Shown here: piece by piece, positions 1 through 8,735 of the stretch
How positions within the stretch are numbered: position 1 is the first letter of the stretch
Layout of the letters: every line of letters begins with the position of its first letter
Sequence record: MT679221.1
Direction: 5' to 3' (one strand)
DNA length: 64,000 nucleotides
Translations under genes and position numbers: made by a program
The notes under the pieces: model-generated
What the model was told of the DNA's origin: nothing
The model's database searches: none
Seen by the model: only the letters and a program-made list of their open reading frames with translations

Positions 1-387
1 CAGACGGGCATTATCCGTATGGAATTGTTCGAGAATGGTCAAATCATTGAACCACGTTTCTACCATTGGGAAAACGGCGTCTTCTCGCTACGTAACCGTA
101 AAGTTCATGTCGAGAAAGCGTACTACTTAACAGAGTCGGCAATACACGACTGGCGTAATATGGACTTATGGCCACTGCATCTTTATCCAAAAGCGGCAAA
201 AGTGCTTATTGAGTGGTTATTCCCAGATTGGGATTGCCCGGATTGGTGGTGGGATAAACCTGTGTTACCACCAAGTGTGATTGATGAAATCACGAAGTTC
301 TATCGCCGTGTCCTGTTGACGCAATTTAATACCACGATTATAGCCATCAGAGGAGCCGATAATGCTCAAGGCGAACAAGAGGGGTGA
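1..387 (+). CDS. Hypothetical protein; frame is open from base 1, so probably 5'-truncated by the window
   Basis: ORF track 19..387; no stop upstream in frame and no SD before ATG19; overlaps the next gene start. Confidence 0.6.
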   Translation, partial: QTGIIRMELFENGQIIEPRFYHWENGVFSLRNRKVHVEKAYYLTESAIHDWRNMDLWPLHLYPKAAKVLIEWLFPDWDCPDWWWDKPVLPPSVIDEITKFYRRVLLTQFNTTIIAIRGADNAQGEQEG

Positions 388-1717
388 TACTAAATTCGTT
401 CCTGTTGAACCTGAAATTCCGATTATCAATAAACCGCAGGACGGGGTGAAAGAAGCCAGCAACTTGGTAACGATTCCAACCCGCACCACGGTAACGGACT
501 TCGACAGGATTCCGAAACAGTATCTCCTGCAATACAACGAAGGTTCTGAATGGCCGGTTGATTTTTATCACGCGTTGTCGGGTCGCAACGATCCGAAGAC
601 GATGTTCGATACTCAGAATGACAGCCCTACGCAACAGCTGCTTAAGATTGTTAATCTGTCATTACGTGTTAACGCACCGCTCGACCGTACGCAGGACGAA
701 CAACGTAAGACTTTCGAACTGACCGGGACGTCGACCCTGGTAGCATCGATTACACCGAACGAGGGTGACTTCTTTGTTGCGCCGATAGGCGACCATCGAC
801 ACGGTCTGTTTAACATCACTGCCGTTACTCGAATGTCGAACAACAAAATTGCAACGTACCAGATACGTTACACGATGTTGTACGAGATTACACCGCAGAT
901 TGCAGAGACGATTCGTCTGTGCACTGTGAGAACGCTCCATTACGTCCGTGAGCGCGCGTGGACCGGTGGTGATACCTTACTGACCCCCAACGAGTATCGT
1001 ACGTTCCTGGAACTGGGAGACCGCATTAAGGACATTGAGACGACGTTTGTTCGCCGTTTCTACGATACCAGTTTAGAAACCCTTGCTTATCCACGCGACT
1101 GGAAACTCGACGGGTTAAAGGCAGGTGGCTACTACGACGTCTTCTTGGCGATGTTTGTGAAGGCTATCGGCCTTCGAACTGTTGGTAAAGATATCCGTAT
1201 TTACCCACACCCGCCGAAACCTGTGCAGGATATCGAAACGCTGTTCACGGTGCTGTTAAATCAACAGCCAGGACTACTACCGTACGTCGAGAAAGAATGC
1301 AGCGCAGTTAACCCGCGCACTTTCAGAACGATGCAGACCCGCAACACCATCGCGTGGTCACAGTTCAGTTCAACGCGCTTCTTTACATCACAGATTCGTC
1401 AGTTGGCAACGTACGATGGGGAGTGGCCAGAGTTCGAAGCATTCGAACCGGTTATGTTCCCTGAGTATCAGGGCAACGCAGGCGAGGATATGGTGGCTTT
1501 TCTGCCGTTGACGTATAAACCCTACCTGTTAAGCGAAACGTTCTATAGCGGCTCGTACAGCTCGGTTCTGGAGCATTGTTTGTACCTGTATCTGAACAAA
1601 CAACCAGTACCTAGTGAAGTGGCTGCGCGTTTAGCAGAATTGGTGCTGGCTTTACCGAAGGACAGTCAGTTCTATTACGTCCCGATGGTCTACGTGATTT
1701 TGAAATACGCGAGGTAG
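362..1717 (+). CDS. Virion structural protein, probable baseplate component (phiKZ gp87/88-like, SPN3US gp62 position)
   Basis: 451 aa; LRV..PL and PNEGDFF..IGD.R.GLF.IT motifs recalled from phiKZ-like baseplate proteins; synteny. Confidence 0.6.
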   Translation: MLKANKRGDTKFVPVEPEIPIINKPQDGVKEASNLVTIPTRTTVTDFDRIPKQYLLQYNEGSEWPVDFYHALSGRNDPKTMFDTQNDSPTQQLLKIVNLSLRVNAPLDRTQDEQRKTFELTGTSTLVASITPNEGDFFVAPIGDHRHGLFNITAVTRMSNNKIATYQIRYTMLYEITPQIAETIRLCTVRTLHYVRERAWTGGDTLLTPNEYRTFLELGDRIKDIETTFVRRFYDTSLETLAYPRDWKLDGLKAGGYYDVFLAMFVKAIGLRTVGKDIRIYPHPPKPVQDIETLFTVLLNQQPGLLPYVEKECSAVNPRTFRTMQTRNTIAWSQFSSTRFFTSQIRQLATYDGEWPEFEAFEPVMFPEYQGNAGEDMVAFLPLTYKPYLLSETFYSGSYSSVLEHCLYLYLNKQPVPSEVAARLAELVLALPKDSQFYYVPMVYVILKYAR

Positions 1718-1719
1718 TA

Positions 1720-2259
1720 ATGTCGGAGAAGAAGCGCAGTGCAGCATTTATGCTGTTTAAAGCGTGGGTGTTCTTCCGGGTACCGGAATACGCAACCATC
1801 ACAACCTACGCCAGTCAGGAACACGGATTGTTCTTGCCAGAAGACCCGAAGAAACGACAAGCGTTGTTACTGAACATGAAGCCTATCTATCTGCACCCCT
1901 CAGAAGCCGCTGAGTATTTAGCGACCGGTGGTGCGTTAGATGTACACGACCCGCATGACGGGATTAAAGTGTACGGGTGGATTATGGAACACCTTGCGGA
2001 CTGGCTGAACTATCTGGAGAACCCGACGCTGATTTACCGGGAAGTCCCTATCGAAGGGTTGCGTCAGTTCAATGTGCTGGCTTCGAAACTGTTTCCTGTG
2101 GCTAACCGCTACGGGTATTTCAAGAAACCCACGGCAACGATGGCGGACTGTGTTCAGTCGTTATTTGGGCAGGTCCGCCTGGAGTCTAAACTCCACCGTT
2201 TTAATGATACGATTATGAAACGTATTGAGTACGCTTATAGAGCCCGAGGAGGTCGCTAA
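1720..2259 (+). CDS. Conserved hypothetical protein of phiKZ-like phages
   Basis: 179 aa; tightly coupled to neighbours (TAGTAATG, TAATG). Confidence 0.7.
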   Translation: MSEKKRSAAFMLFKAWVFFRVPEYATITTYASQEHGLFLPEDPKKRQALLLNMKPIYLHPSEAAEYLATGGALDVHDPHDGIKVYGWIMEHLADWLNYLENPTLIYREVPIEGLRQFNVLASKLFPVANRYGYFKKPTATMADCVQSLFGQVRLESKLHRFNDTIMKRIEYAYRARGGR

Positions 2260-3572
2260 TGTCGTTTGGTCGGTTACAACAGATGGCGAACGGACACATC
2301 GCTAATGCTCGGGGGTTACCGGCTATCGACTACGGGATATTCCTCACGGTACACGGTGCCCCAGTGACGGTGTTGAAGATGCTGTCTATCATTCACACCG
2401 GTCACTTTACGCGCGATATCTGTTTATTGACACATCTCACCTTGGCTATACCCTACAGCCACATGCGAATGATCACGTCGTCCGCAGAAGGGGATTTGAA
2501 GGTAAAGCTGTTATTGCGTCGTGGACAGAAAATCGCGGGGGTCTTTAACTACCGCGGCATCGTGATAAATAACCGCGACCACAACGCGGAATCACCGACG
2601 ATGTTCTTGAGTCAGTCTGATGAGAAATCTATCGCATTGGTAACATTGGAGCTGATGGATGAGTCGATGTGGTTCCTGCGTAATCGTCAAGTGGGCGGCA
2701 TCTACCACGAAACAGATGGGTTAACAGTGGCACGCTCGATACTGGCGGATACGTTGCCGGAAGGGGTGGCTGCAGAGGGGCAGTTGAAAGGGATTGAATA
2801 CGATGAAGAAGAACAGCAGGCATATCGGGACATCGTTATACCAGACTCTGAAGACTTCTTAAGCGTGTTTGATTATCTGCAGAACCATTACGGCGTTTAC
2901 AGCAAAGGTATTGGGGTCTTCCAATACCTACAACGATGGTATCTGTATCGACCTTGGGACTCGTTGAAGTTTAATAACACAACGAAGCCTAAACTGGTCA
3001 TCTATAATCTGCCTCGTGAACAGGCTGCTCACATTGACCGCACCACCGATATCGCGGGTAATGTTATCTATCTGATTTGTGGCGGCGACACCAGTAGTTT
3101 GGAATACCGTGACCAGGCCGCGCTTAACCACGGTACGGGTTACCGGGTGGGGTCTGTACGTGTGTTGGATGGGCGTAGTAGTTCATTTACGCCTGGCGAC
3201 ATCAGTATGACCACACCTGATAAGTTTGTGGCGCAGGCCGACCCTGCTGCGTATCCAGGCGGCGTGGTTAACGCACCAATCGATCCTGATAAGCACTTTA
3301 GCGATACCGATAAACCGCAGCGGTCTAAACTGGAGATGGGTCTGGGTACGATTGTGCAAACAACCTGGAACCGTTCAACGCACGGCATCCTATATCCTGG
3401 TATGCCAGTAAAATACGTTTTTGCCAACGAGTATGGGGTCTATACCCGCTACGGCACGTTGGTGGGTGAAGTGTTCCAGTCTGCTGTCGACGGTCAAACG
3501 ATGGCATCAGGACGTTATAACACCCAATCACAACTGAGTCTTTGGCTCAAAGATGAAAAATTTACAGCTTAG
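2259..3572 (+). CDS. Virion structural protein, putative baseplate hub (phiKZ gp101-like, SPN3US gp64 position)
   Basis: 437 aa; DYLQNHYGVYSKGIG.F and LYPGMPVK motifs recalled from this family; synteny. Confidence 0.55.
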   Translation: MSFGRLQQMANGHIANARGLPAIDYGIFLTVHGAPVTVLKMLSIIHTGHFTRDICLLTHLTLAIPYSHMRMITSSAEGDLKVKLLLRRGQKIAGVFNYRGIVINNRDHNAESPTMFLSQSDEKSIALVTLELMDESMWFLRNRQVGGIYHETDGLTVARSILADTLPEGVAAEGQLKGIEYDEEEQQAYRDIVIPDSEDFLSVFDYLQNHYGVYSKGIGVFQYLQRWYLYRPWDSLKFNNTTKPKLVIYNLPREQAAHIDRTTDIAGNVIYLICGGDTSSLEYRDQAALNHGTGYRVGSVRVLDGRSSSFTPGDISMTTPDKFVAQADPAAYPGGVVNAPIDPDKHFSDTDKPQRSKLEMGLGTIVQTTWNRSTHGILYPGMPVKYVFANEYGVYTRYGTLVGEVFQSAVDGQTMASGRYNTQSQLSLWLKDEKFTA

Positions 3573-3580
3573 TCATCTAG

Positions 3581-3588
3581 TATGACCC
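3581..3588 (+). promoter_or_regulatory. Candidate late (nvRNAP) promoter TATGACCC
   Basis: Identical octamer at 27481 and 39348, each 30-35 nt before a start codon; phiKZ late promoters carry TATG. Confidence 0.45.
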
Positions 3589-3615
3589 GTAAGTAACCTT
3601 AAGGAAAATATTGCA

Positions 3616-4413
3616 ATGAAAGCGATTCACACCTTTCGCATGACCGGCCAAACTGTTCTCGACATTGATGCGTACGAAGCCGCTAACTTCACCAAACCGA
3701 CCAAGCTCTGGGATCGCCTGGTTAAGGTACTACCGCAGAGCGGTGAGGTGCAGTTGGATTTTGTCATGGCATCGACGTTGGATAAGACAGTGGCAGTTAT
3801 TTATACTGCTGACGGTGTGCAGAGTAAGAAGGACCTGGCAATCGAAGATAAAGGCGGGCTGGGTTATCACTTGTTCCTGCACTGCGTAACCACTGCACCG
3901 ATTTCAGCTGCGCTGGCGGGTCAGTACGGTTTCGCGAATGCGTATTTCCTGGCACAGAAACTCGCCGTGAATGTTATTCCGGGTGACGTGACCACTTACC
4001 CTGAATACGTACAGCGTATCCTGCCAGAACACTTCGCTGCAGACGACTACGATTTCAATGTGTTCCGTTTCGCACTGATCGGCGAATCGCGCGATCCGGA
4101 GTACACCGTTGGCCTGCGTGCCTGTCTGCGTCACTCCGTTATCTCTTCGGATGAAGGGATGTCGAATAACGTGAACGAAGTGTTCCCGATGATGCAAGTC
4201 GGTCCGTATATCACTTTCAACTCGTACATTCCGTTCCCGGCACAGATTCTGCCGCCGCAGAACGATAACAGTGTACTGCCAATCGCCGACAAGTATTCAC
4301 TGCGTGCGAGCGAAGCAGTTGAAGTGATTAACGATCGTCGCTTTACATTGTCAGTGACCAGCGGTATCAGTGAACCGGAAGTTGCGGTCTCACAGAGCCT
4401 GGATTTGATGTAA
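3616..4413 (+). CDS. Hypothetical protein, codon usage of a highly expressed gene
   Basis: 265 aa; AAGGA SD; own terminator. Confidence 0.8.
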   Translation: MKAIHTFRMTGQTVLDIDAYEAANFTKPTKLWDRLVKVLPQSGEVQLDFVMASTLDKTVAVIYTADGVQSKKDLAIEDKGGLGYHLFLHCVTTAPISAALAGQYGFANAYFLAQKLAVNVIPGDVTTYPEYVQRILPEHFAADDYDFNVFRFALIGESRDPEYTVGLRACLRHSVISSDEGMSNNVNEVFPMMQVGPYITFNSYIPFPAQILPPQNDNSVLPIADKYSLRASEAVEVINDRRFTLSVTSGISEPEVAVSQSLDLM

Positions 4414-4420
4414 ATGTGTG

Positions 4421-4455
4421 CCTGGTCTCCTTGTGAGACCAGGTCTCTTTATTTT
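4421..4455 (+). terminator. Intrinsic terminator
   Basis: CCTGGTCTC-CTTGT-GAGACCAGG then a T-rich tail. Confidence 0.75.
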
Positions 4456-4579
4456 AGCCCTCTAAACGCACTCACAACCTTCTAAAGCCACTCTAACGGT
4501 AGAACGACCATCTAAAGTGATAAAAGCTCTCAAAACGCGTTTGAGAGCGTTATAGAGGGTGTACTCTGAATAAAAATAA

Positions 4580-4604
4580 TTTCAGATATATATTACCTAG
4601 GTGA
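4580..4604 (+). promoter_or_regulatory. Early (virion RNAP) promoter, copy 1
   Basis: TTTCAGATATATATTACCTAGGTGA; contains the phiKZ early motif TATATTAC; near-identical copies at 34000 and 53275. Confidence 0.8.
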
Positions 4605-4655
4605 TAGAAGACAATCTATCAACTCAATCGACTATTAATCTAAAGGAGTATTGCC

Positions 4656-4799
4656 ATGTTAACTCGTAACCATAAACGTGCCATCTTTGCCATCGTTGCT
4701 GTTGTTGCTTTCGCGGTACTGTCTATCACTGTAACTCAAGATTACAATAAGTGCATCGATAACGGTAACTCTGTTGCCATGTGTACAGGTCGCGGCTAA
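4656..4799 (+). CDS. 47-aa single-TM membrane peptide, absent from the ORF track
   Basis: Hand translation MLTRNHKRAIFAIVAVVAFAVLSITVTQDYNKCIDNGNSVAMCTGRG; AAGGAG SD; TAATG coupling to the next gene. Confidence 0.8.
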   Translation: MLTRNHKRAIFAIVAVVAFAVLSITVTQDYNKCIDNGNSVAMCTGRG

Positions 4800-4981
4800 T
4801 GGACTTTTCTGATGCGCAGTTTGCCGAGTTCTTATCTCACCCGCGTGTTAAACGTGAGTGGGATAATCTCACTAACAGTGTTCGTCGTCAGGACGAAGAA
4901 GAAATCGTTCACGTTACCGCACAAGTCTTACTCGTCTCACCGACAGGTAATGTGTTTCCAATGCAGCAGGAGATTTACTAA
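4799..4981 (+). CDS. Hypothetical protein (60 aa, start revised from 4781)
   Basis: TAATG coupling at both ends. Confidence 0.7.
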   Translation: MDFSDAQFAEFLSHPRVKREWDNLTNSVRRQDEEEIVHVTAQVLLVSPTGNVFPMQQEIY

Positions 4982-5169
4982 TGGGTGTTTTAGTTAATTA
5001 CGATGGTAAAAACGGAATCATGCTTCGCGAAGTGGAAGATAACGAAACGGTAGAGGTGAATCCGCAAACCTCAGAACGTACGTTTATCGTGGGGCCGAAA
5101 AGCGCACTACCGAAGCCGGACTGGAAAGAAGAGCTGGCGAAGTTCCGTGGGGAACTCGGGAAGAAGTAG
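4981..5169 (+). CDS. Hypothetical protein (62 aa)
   Basis: TAATG coupling; terminator follows at 5181. Confidence 0.7.
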   Translation: MGVLVNYDGKNGIMLREVEDNETVEVNPQTSERTFIVGPKSALPKPDWKEELAKFRGELGKK

Positions 5170-5180
5170 TATAGATAATT

Positions 5181-5210
5181 TAATACCACCTACGGGTGGT
5201 ATTATTTTTT
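5181..5210 (+). terminator. Intrinsic terminator
   Basis: TAATACCACC-TACG-GGTGGTATTA then T run. Confidence 0.8.
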
Positions 5211-5221
5211 GCCTAAGGAAC

Positions 5222-5644
5222 ATGAAAATGATTAATGAGAAGCTCCAAAAGTATTTAAAGAATGACACCGACTGGATGGTTCTTGACCAGTACGGACGAT
5301 TTGTTCCGCTATCCAAGGATTCCCCTATACCCCGTGACAAGGCGATTTATATTCCTGACGGTAAGGGCGGTTATCGTTTCTGGGAAGGCCAGGAAGTAAA
5401 AGAGGAAATGTTCTACATGGAGCCGAAGTTCCGTGCGGCGTTCCCATCGAAAAATATCAACGGCTATGTTTACAACGCAATTCCGCCAATTACGCATCCT
5501 AACTTTGAGGTTGTGAACTACCCCGCAACTGTTCTGGATTGGCAACGTGCCATTAGTGAACACTACACGATCCCGCTTGAAGGTGTTTACTTCCCATTCC
5601 GTGATATTAGTTTAGATGACTTTATTAACTCTCTTAAGGACTAA
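5222..5644 (+). CDS. Hypothetical protein (start revised from 5147)
   Basis: AAGGA SD before ATG5222, downstream of the terminator. Confidence 0.7.
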   Translation: MKMINEKLQKYLKNDTDWMVLDQYGRFVPLSKDSPIPRDKAIYIPDGKGGYRFWEGQEVKEEMFYMEPKFRAAFPSKNINGYVYNAIPPITHPNFEVVNYPATVLDWQRAISEHYTIPLEGVYFPFRDISLDDFINSLKD

Positions 5645-5646
5645 AA

Positions 5647-6507
5647 ATGTACAGCATTACTGATTTCATCAAAAGTTCAGATTTCCCCCTACCTCCCGAC
5701 CACGAAGTATTGGCTAGCGATCCGTTAACCGATGCAGCCATTGTCCAGCTGGACCGCGACAAACGTCGTACTTACGTCGTGTTGGTCGAAGGGCAGAGCT
5801 ACGGCCTGTCTTCTTACGACCTGGAGCAGCAAGAGCGTTTCCTCGATGAAAACCGCAAAACGTCAATGTATAGCGCTATCTCTCGTGCGTTGTGCAAGGT
5901 AATGGCAACCATTACAGACAGCAAAAAGCGTATCGCTGTGCTGCAGGGTATCAATGCGCTAACGACCAAAATCCAACAACTTGAAGGTTTCCACTGCCCA
6001 CGATTGGAAGCCGCACAGAAGGATGCTAAGGGCGATGAGGCCATGGCACTGTTTGAAGGCAATACTGTCTTTGCAACAGCTGAAGCATGTTATCTCACCT
6101 ATCCAACTTTTAACTATACGCCAATCAGCGACACCGTAGACGGGATTAAAGTAGAGAACGTTGTGCAATGGGGTCGTGCAAATCTTAAGTTTGTGATGTC
6201 TCATGAAGAAGAAAATCAAGACGGCCTTGGCCAGAAGATTCAACGTTGGTTCACGGCGCGTTTGGACGCCGACTGGGAGGCGCACGTTAACGCAGAGCTT
6301 CGTAAATTTCACGCGGTGGTCGCACTGTTAAAAGAAGACACTCCTGCCCCGAAACAATCGAAGGCACCAGTGGTTGGCTGGACGTGTTCCGGCTGTAACC
6401 GCAATCATGTCGCAACGGTACCGAGAACACATCGCTACACTTCGCAGACAATGAACATTGCTTGTCCGGCTTGCGGTAAGATCAACGAAGTTGATTATAA
6501 ACCGTAG
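5647..6507 (+). CDS. Hypothetical protein with C-terminal Zn ribbon
   Basis: CSGC...CPAC at the C-terminus. Confidence 0.7.
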   Translation: MYSITDFIKSSDFPLPPDHEVLASDPLTDAAIVQLDRDKRRTYVVLVEGQSYGLSSYDLEQQERFLDENRKTSMYSAISRALCKVMATITDSKKRIAVLQGINALTTKIQQLEGFHCPRLEAAQKDAKGDEAMALFEGNTVFATAEACYLTYPTFNYTPISDTVDGIKVENVVQWGRANLKFVMSHEEENQDGLGQKIQRWFTARLDADWEAHVNAELRKFHAVVALLKEDTPAPKQSKAPVVGWTCSGCNRNHVATVPRTHRYTSQTMNIACPACGKINEVDYKP

Positions 6508-6513
6508 TAGTAT

Positions 6514-6545
6514 CCCTCTTACCTTCGGGTAAGAGGGTTTTATAT
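6514..6545 (+). terminator. Intrinsic terminator
   Basis: CCCTCTTACC-TTCG-GGTAAGAGGG then T-rich tail; identical hairpin at 33919. Confidence 0.85.
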
Positions 6546-6555
6546 TTATTTTCCG

Positions 6556-6594
6556 AAAAGAAAATAAAAGGCGCTCTCTCCCGAAGGAGAGAGC
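6556..6594 (-). terminator. Minus-strand intrinsic terminator
   Basis: GCTCTCTCC-CGAA-GGAGAGAGC (UUCG loop on the minus strand) preceded by an A-rich run on the plus strand. Confidence 0.7.
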
Positions 6595-6620
6595 TTATTC
6601 ACATCCACTTAGAGGTTAAC

Positions 6621-6767
6621 ATGAATACCTTTATGCAACAACTGCGTCAGCAACAGCTGAAACATGTCGCTTTTCAACAACGTCTGCAAGAGGTTACCCG
6701 CCAACCGCAGACTTCCACCCGTACCATTAAAGGACTAGGAGGTGACATCATCTTCAATAAGAAGTAA
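6621..6767 (+). CDS. 48-aa peptide, paralogue 1; absent from the ORF track
   Basis: MNTFMQQLRQQQLKHVAFQQRLQEVTRQPQTSTRTIKGLGGDIIFNKK; GAGG SD; paralogous to 6880..7026. Confidence 0.75.
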   Translation: MNTFMQQLRQQQLKHVAFQQRLQEVTRQPQTSTRTIKGLGGDIIFNKK

Positions 6768-6776
6768 CACTAACCA

Positions 6777-6798
6777 GGGGTGTTCGAGCACCCCTTTT
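6777..6798 (+). terminator. Short terminator-like hairpin between the twin peptides
   Basis: GGGGTG-TTCGAG-CACCCC-TTTT. Confidence 0.55.
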
Positions 6799-6879
6799 AA
6801 CTCCCGTGACAGTATATCGGTGCATTGTGTACCACCACAGCGCAGCGATATATTAACAACCTGCCTAAGGAGGCACTAC

Positions 6880-7026
6880 ATGGAACAACTACGTTCGCAA
6901 ATACTTAACTATTACGTTAAGCAAACCCAATTCAACCAACGTGTACAACAGTTGACTGCGCCCAAGCAGAACACTGTTCGTCGTATCAAGGGTTTAGGAG
7001 GTGAAATACTACTAAACAAAAGTTAA
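6880..7026 (+). CDS. 48-aa peptide, paralogue 2 (start revised from 6742)
   Basis: MEQLRSQILNYYVKQTQFNQRVQQLTAPKQNTVRRIKGLGGEILLNKS; AAGGAGG SD. Confidence 0.75.
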   Translation: MEQLRSQILNYYVKQTQFNQRVQQLTAPKQNTVRRIKGLGGEILLNKS

Positions 7027-7158
7027 CATGAAATAACTCTTACCCGAGTGCTGGAACACTCGGGTAATTCCATGCATATAAATAGTTCGTCGTATTTTTT
7101 TTGATCTTGGCAGGACGCATAAACTGCCCGTAGGGGAGCCTAAGCTCCCCAGTGTTCG

Positions 7159-8721
7159 TTAGAACAAATCATCACCCATTCCACCGGTGAAGAAGTTGAT
7201 AGACGACGCTGTTACGGTTTCTTCTTTATCACAATCCCAAGGCAGGATGCCAACATCCTGGAAAGGTATCACTGTGTAGTGATAAGATTCTTTAGTATCG
7301 ATAATGGTGCGGTGCTTACCGCGTTGAACTTCTAAGAAGCTATGGCCGTTGACCACACGCTTGTTAAAATACATTTCACCATCGGCCTCGTTATCAAGGC
7401 TCGAACAACTATCGTAAAGACCACGACCAGGTAAGTTCTTACAGAAGCCTACCGGGTCTAACGCTTTTAAGCGCTTACCTTCTGGGGAAATCTGGTGTGG
7501 GGCAATTAAGAACCCACGGTTGCGTACCACTTGGATGTTACGAGCAATACGATAAATTTCTTTGATATCACTCCCGGCAATGCCGTTGCCGTGTCCTGCT
7601 TTGCTGATTGTGCCTAAGTAGTCTGCGCGAATGCCAACAACATGATAACCACGACGACGTAAGTCGAGAATAAGGTCGTTGATGTAGTGCACTTTAAAAT
7701 CGGAGTTGGTGTGCTTTTGGAAAACGTAGTCCCAACCGTTTGCGCGAATCTTACCACAGAGGTAATCAGACATTGCTGTTGTGTGTGCTAACTTCTCTTC
7801 AGCGGTTGCATCCTGTGCAATGGTCATCTGTGGAACTTGTCCTTCAAAATGACCGTACAGTGCTTGATAGCCGTAAGCTAAGTTAACGTCGAGTTCGTTT
7901 TCTAAACTCAAGTCAAGAATAATTGGTTGCAGTGTGCCCTTCACATCCGCCATTACTTTCTCAGGCGTGTTGAAGATAGGAATCGATAAGCTCAGTAAGA
8001 GACTGAACAAAGACTTACAGTTAAAAGGTAACGCCGGCATTAGCCACAGTTCTTCGGTAATCCCTTTGTTACAACCGAGCATTTGGTTAATGGCTTTCCA
8101 GCCCGTCTGCAAACCATTACCTGCTGCTTTCTTGTTAATCGAGTCGAACACTTTAACAAACGGAGCCCGATTATCTGTAACCAGCTCACCGACCAGTGAA
8201 GGAATCTTATTATGAGAGCGTTCACCGAACGTAGATAGCGCCTCTTTGAGTTCGAGCACTGCGGTGTTCAGATCAACACGCGTCTCAGTTCCATTCAATG
8301 CTCCGAACGCGCGACCCATTTTTGTTTTGAGTTCGACGCTCTGTAAACATTGACGTAATTGGAAATAATATTGAGACAGTTGTCGATTAAGATGCTCGGT
8401 ACGTTTGTCTTCTTCCTCGGGCAAATCGTCTTCGAGGAATTTGGTAATCGTATCGTATAGAGGACGTACTTGAGTGGTGGCCAGCTTCAAGCGCTTCATA
8501 ACGCTCGCGTGGTCGTATTCCATGCCGCCGTCTATGATAGATGTGATAATGTCCTTGATCTCGATGAGTGCAAAGCGCTCTTCGCCATCTTCCGCATATT
8601 CCGGAAGCTTGATCTGCATCAGAACTTTTCTTATGACATCATGATCCTTGCTAGGGTCCGTCAGCATAGATTCTGTATACAGTGCGGCTAAGGCGGTTAT
8701 CAACATCATTTTACTATTCAT
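7159..8721 (-). CDS. dnaB: DnaB-like replicative helicase (phiKZ gp118-like)
   Basis: LQTGWKAINQMLG, Walker-A-like ALPFNCKS, ADYL Walker B, PHQIS, DNEAD, RGKHR; sits next to the capsid gene. Confidence 0.85.
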   Translation of the reverse strand: MNSKMMLITALAALYTESMLTDPSKDHDVIRKVLMQIKLPEYAEDGEERFALIEIKDIITSIIDGGMEYDHASVMKRLKLATTQVRPLYDTITKFLEDDLPEEEDKRTEHLNRQLSQYYFQLRQCLQSVELKTKMGRAFGALNGTETRVDLNTAVLELKEALSTFGERSHNKIPSLVGELVTDNRAPFVKVFDSINKKAAGNGLQTGWKAINQMLGCNKGITEELWLMPALPFNCKSLFSLLLSLSIPIFNTPEKVMADVKGTLQPIILDLSLENELDVNLAYGYQALYGHFEGQVPQMTIAQDATAEEKLAHTTAMSDYLCGKIRANGWDYVFQKHTNSDFKVHYINDLILDLRRRGYHVVGIRADYLGTISKAGHGNGIAGSDIKEIYRIARNIQVVRNRGFLIAPHQISPEGKRLKALDPVGFCKNLPGRGLYDSCSSLDNEADGEMYFNKRVVNGHSFLEVQRGKHRTIIDTKESYHYTVIPFQDVGILPWDCDKEETVTASSINFFTGGMGDDLF

Positions 8722-8735
8722 GGAGCATCCTTAAA

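Noticed and set aside
6742-7026. 94-aa ORF as given in the track
   Set aside because: It spans a terminator hairpin; the SD and the paralogy with 6621..6767 point to a start at 6880
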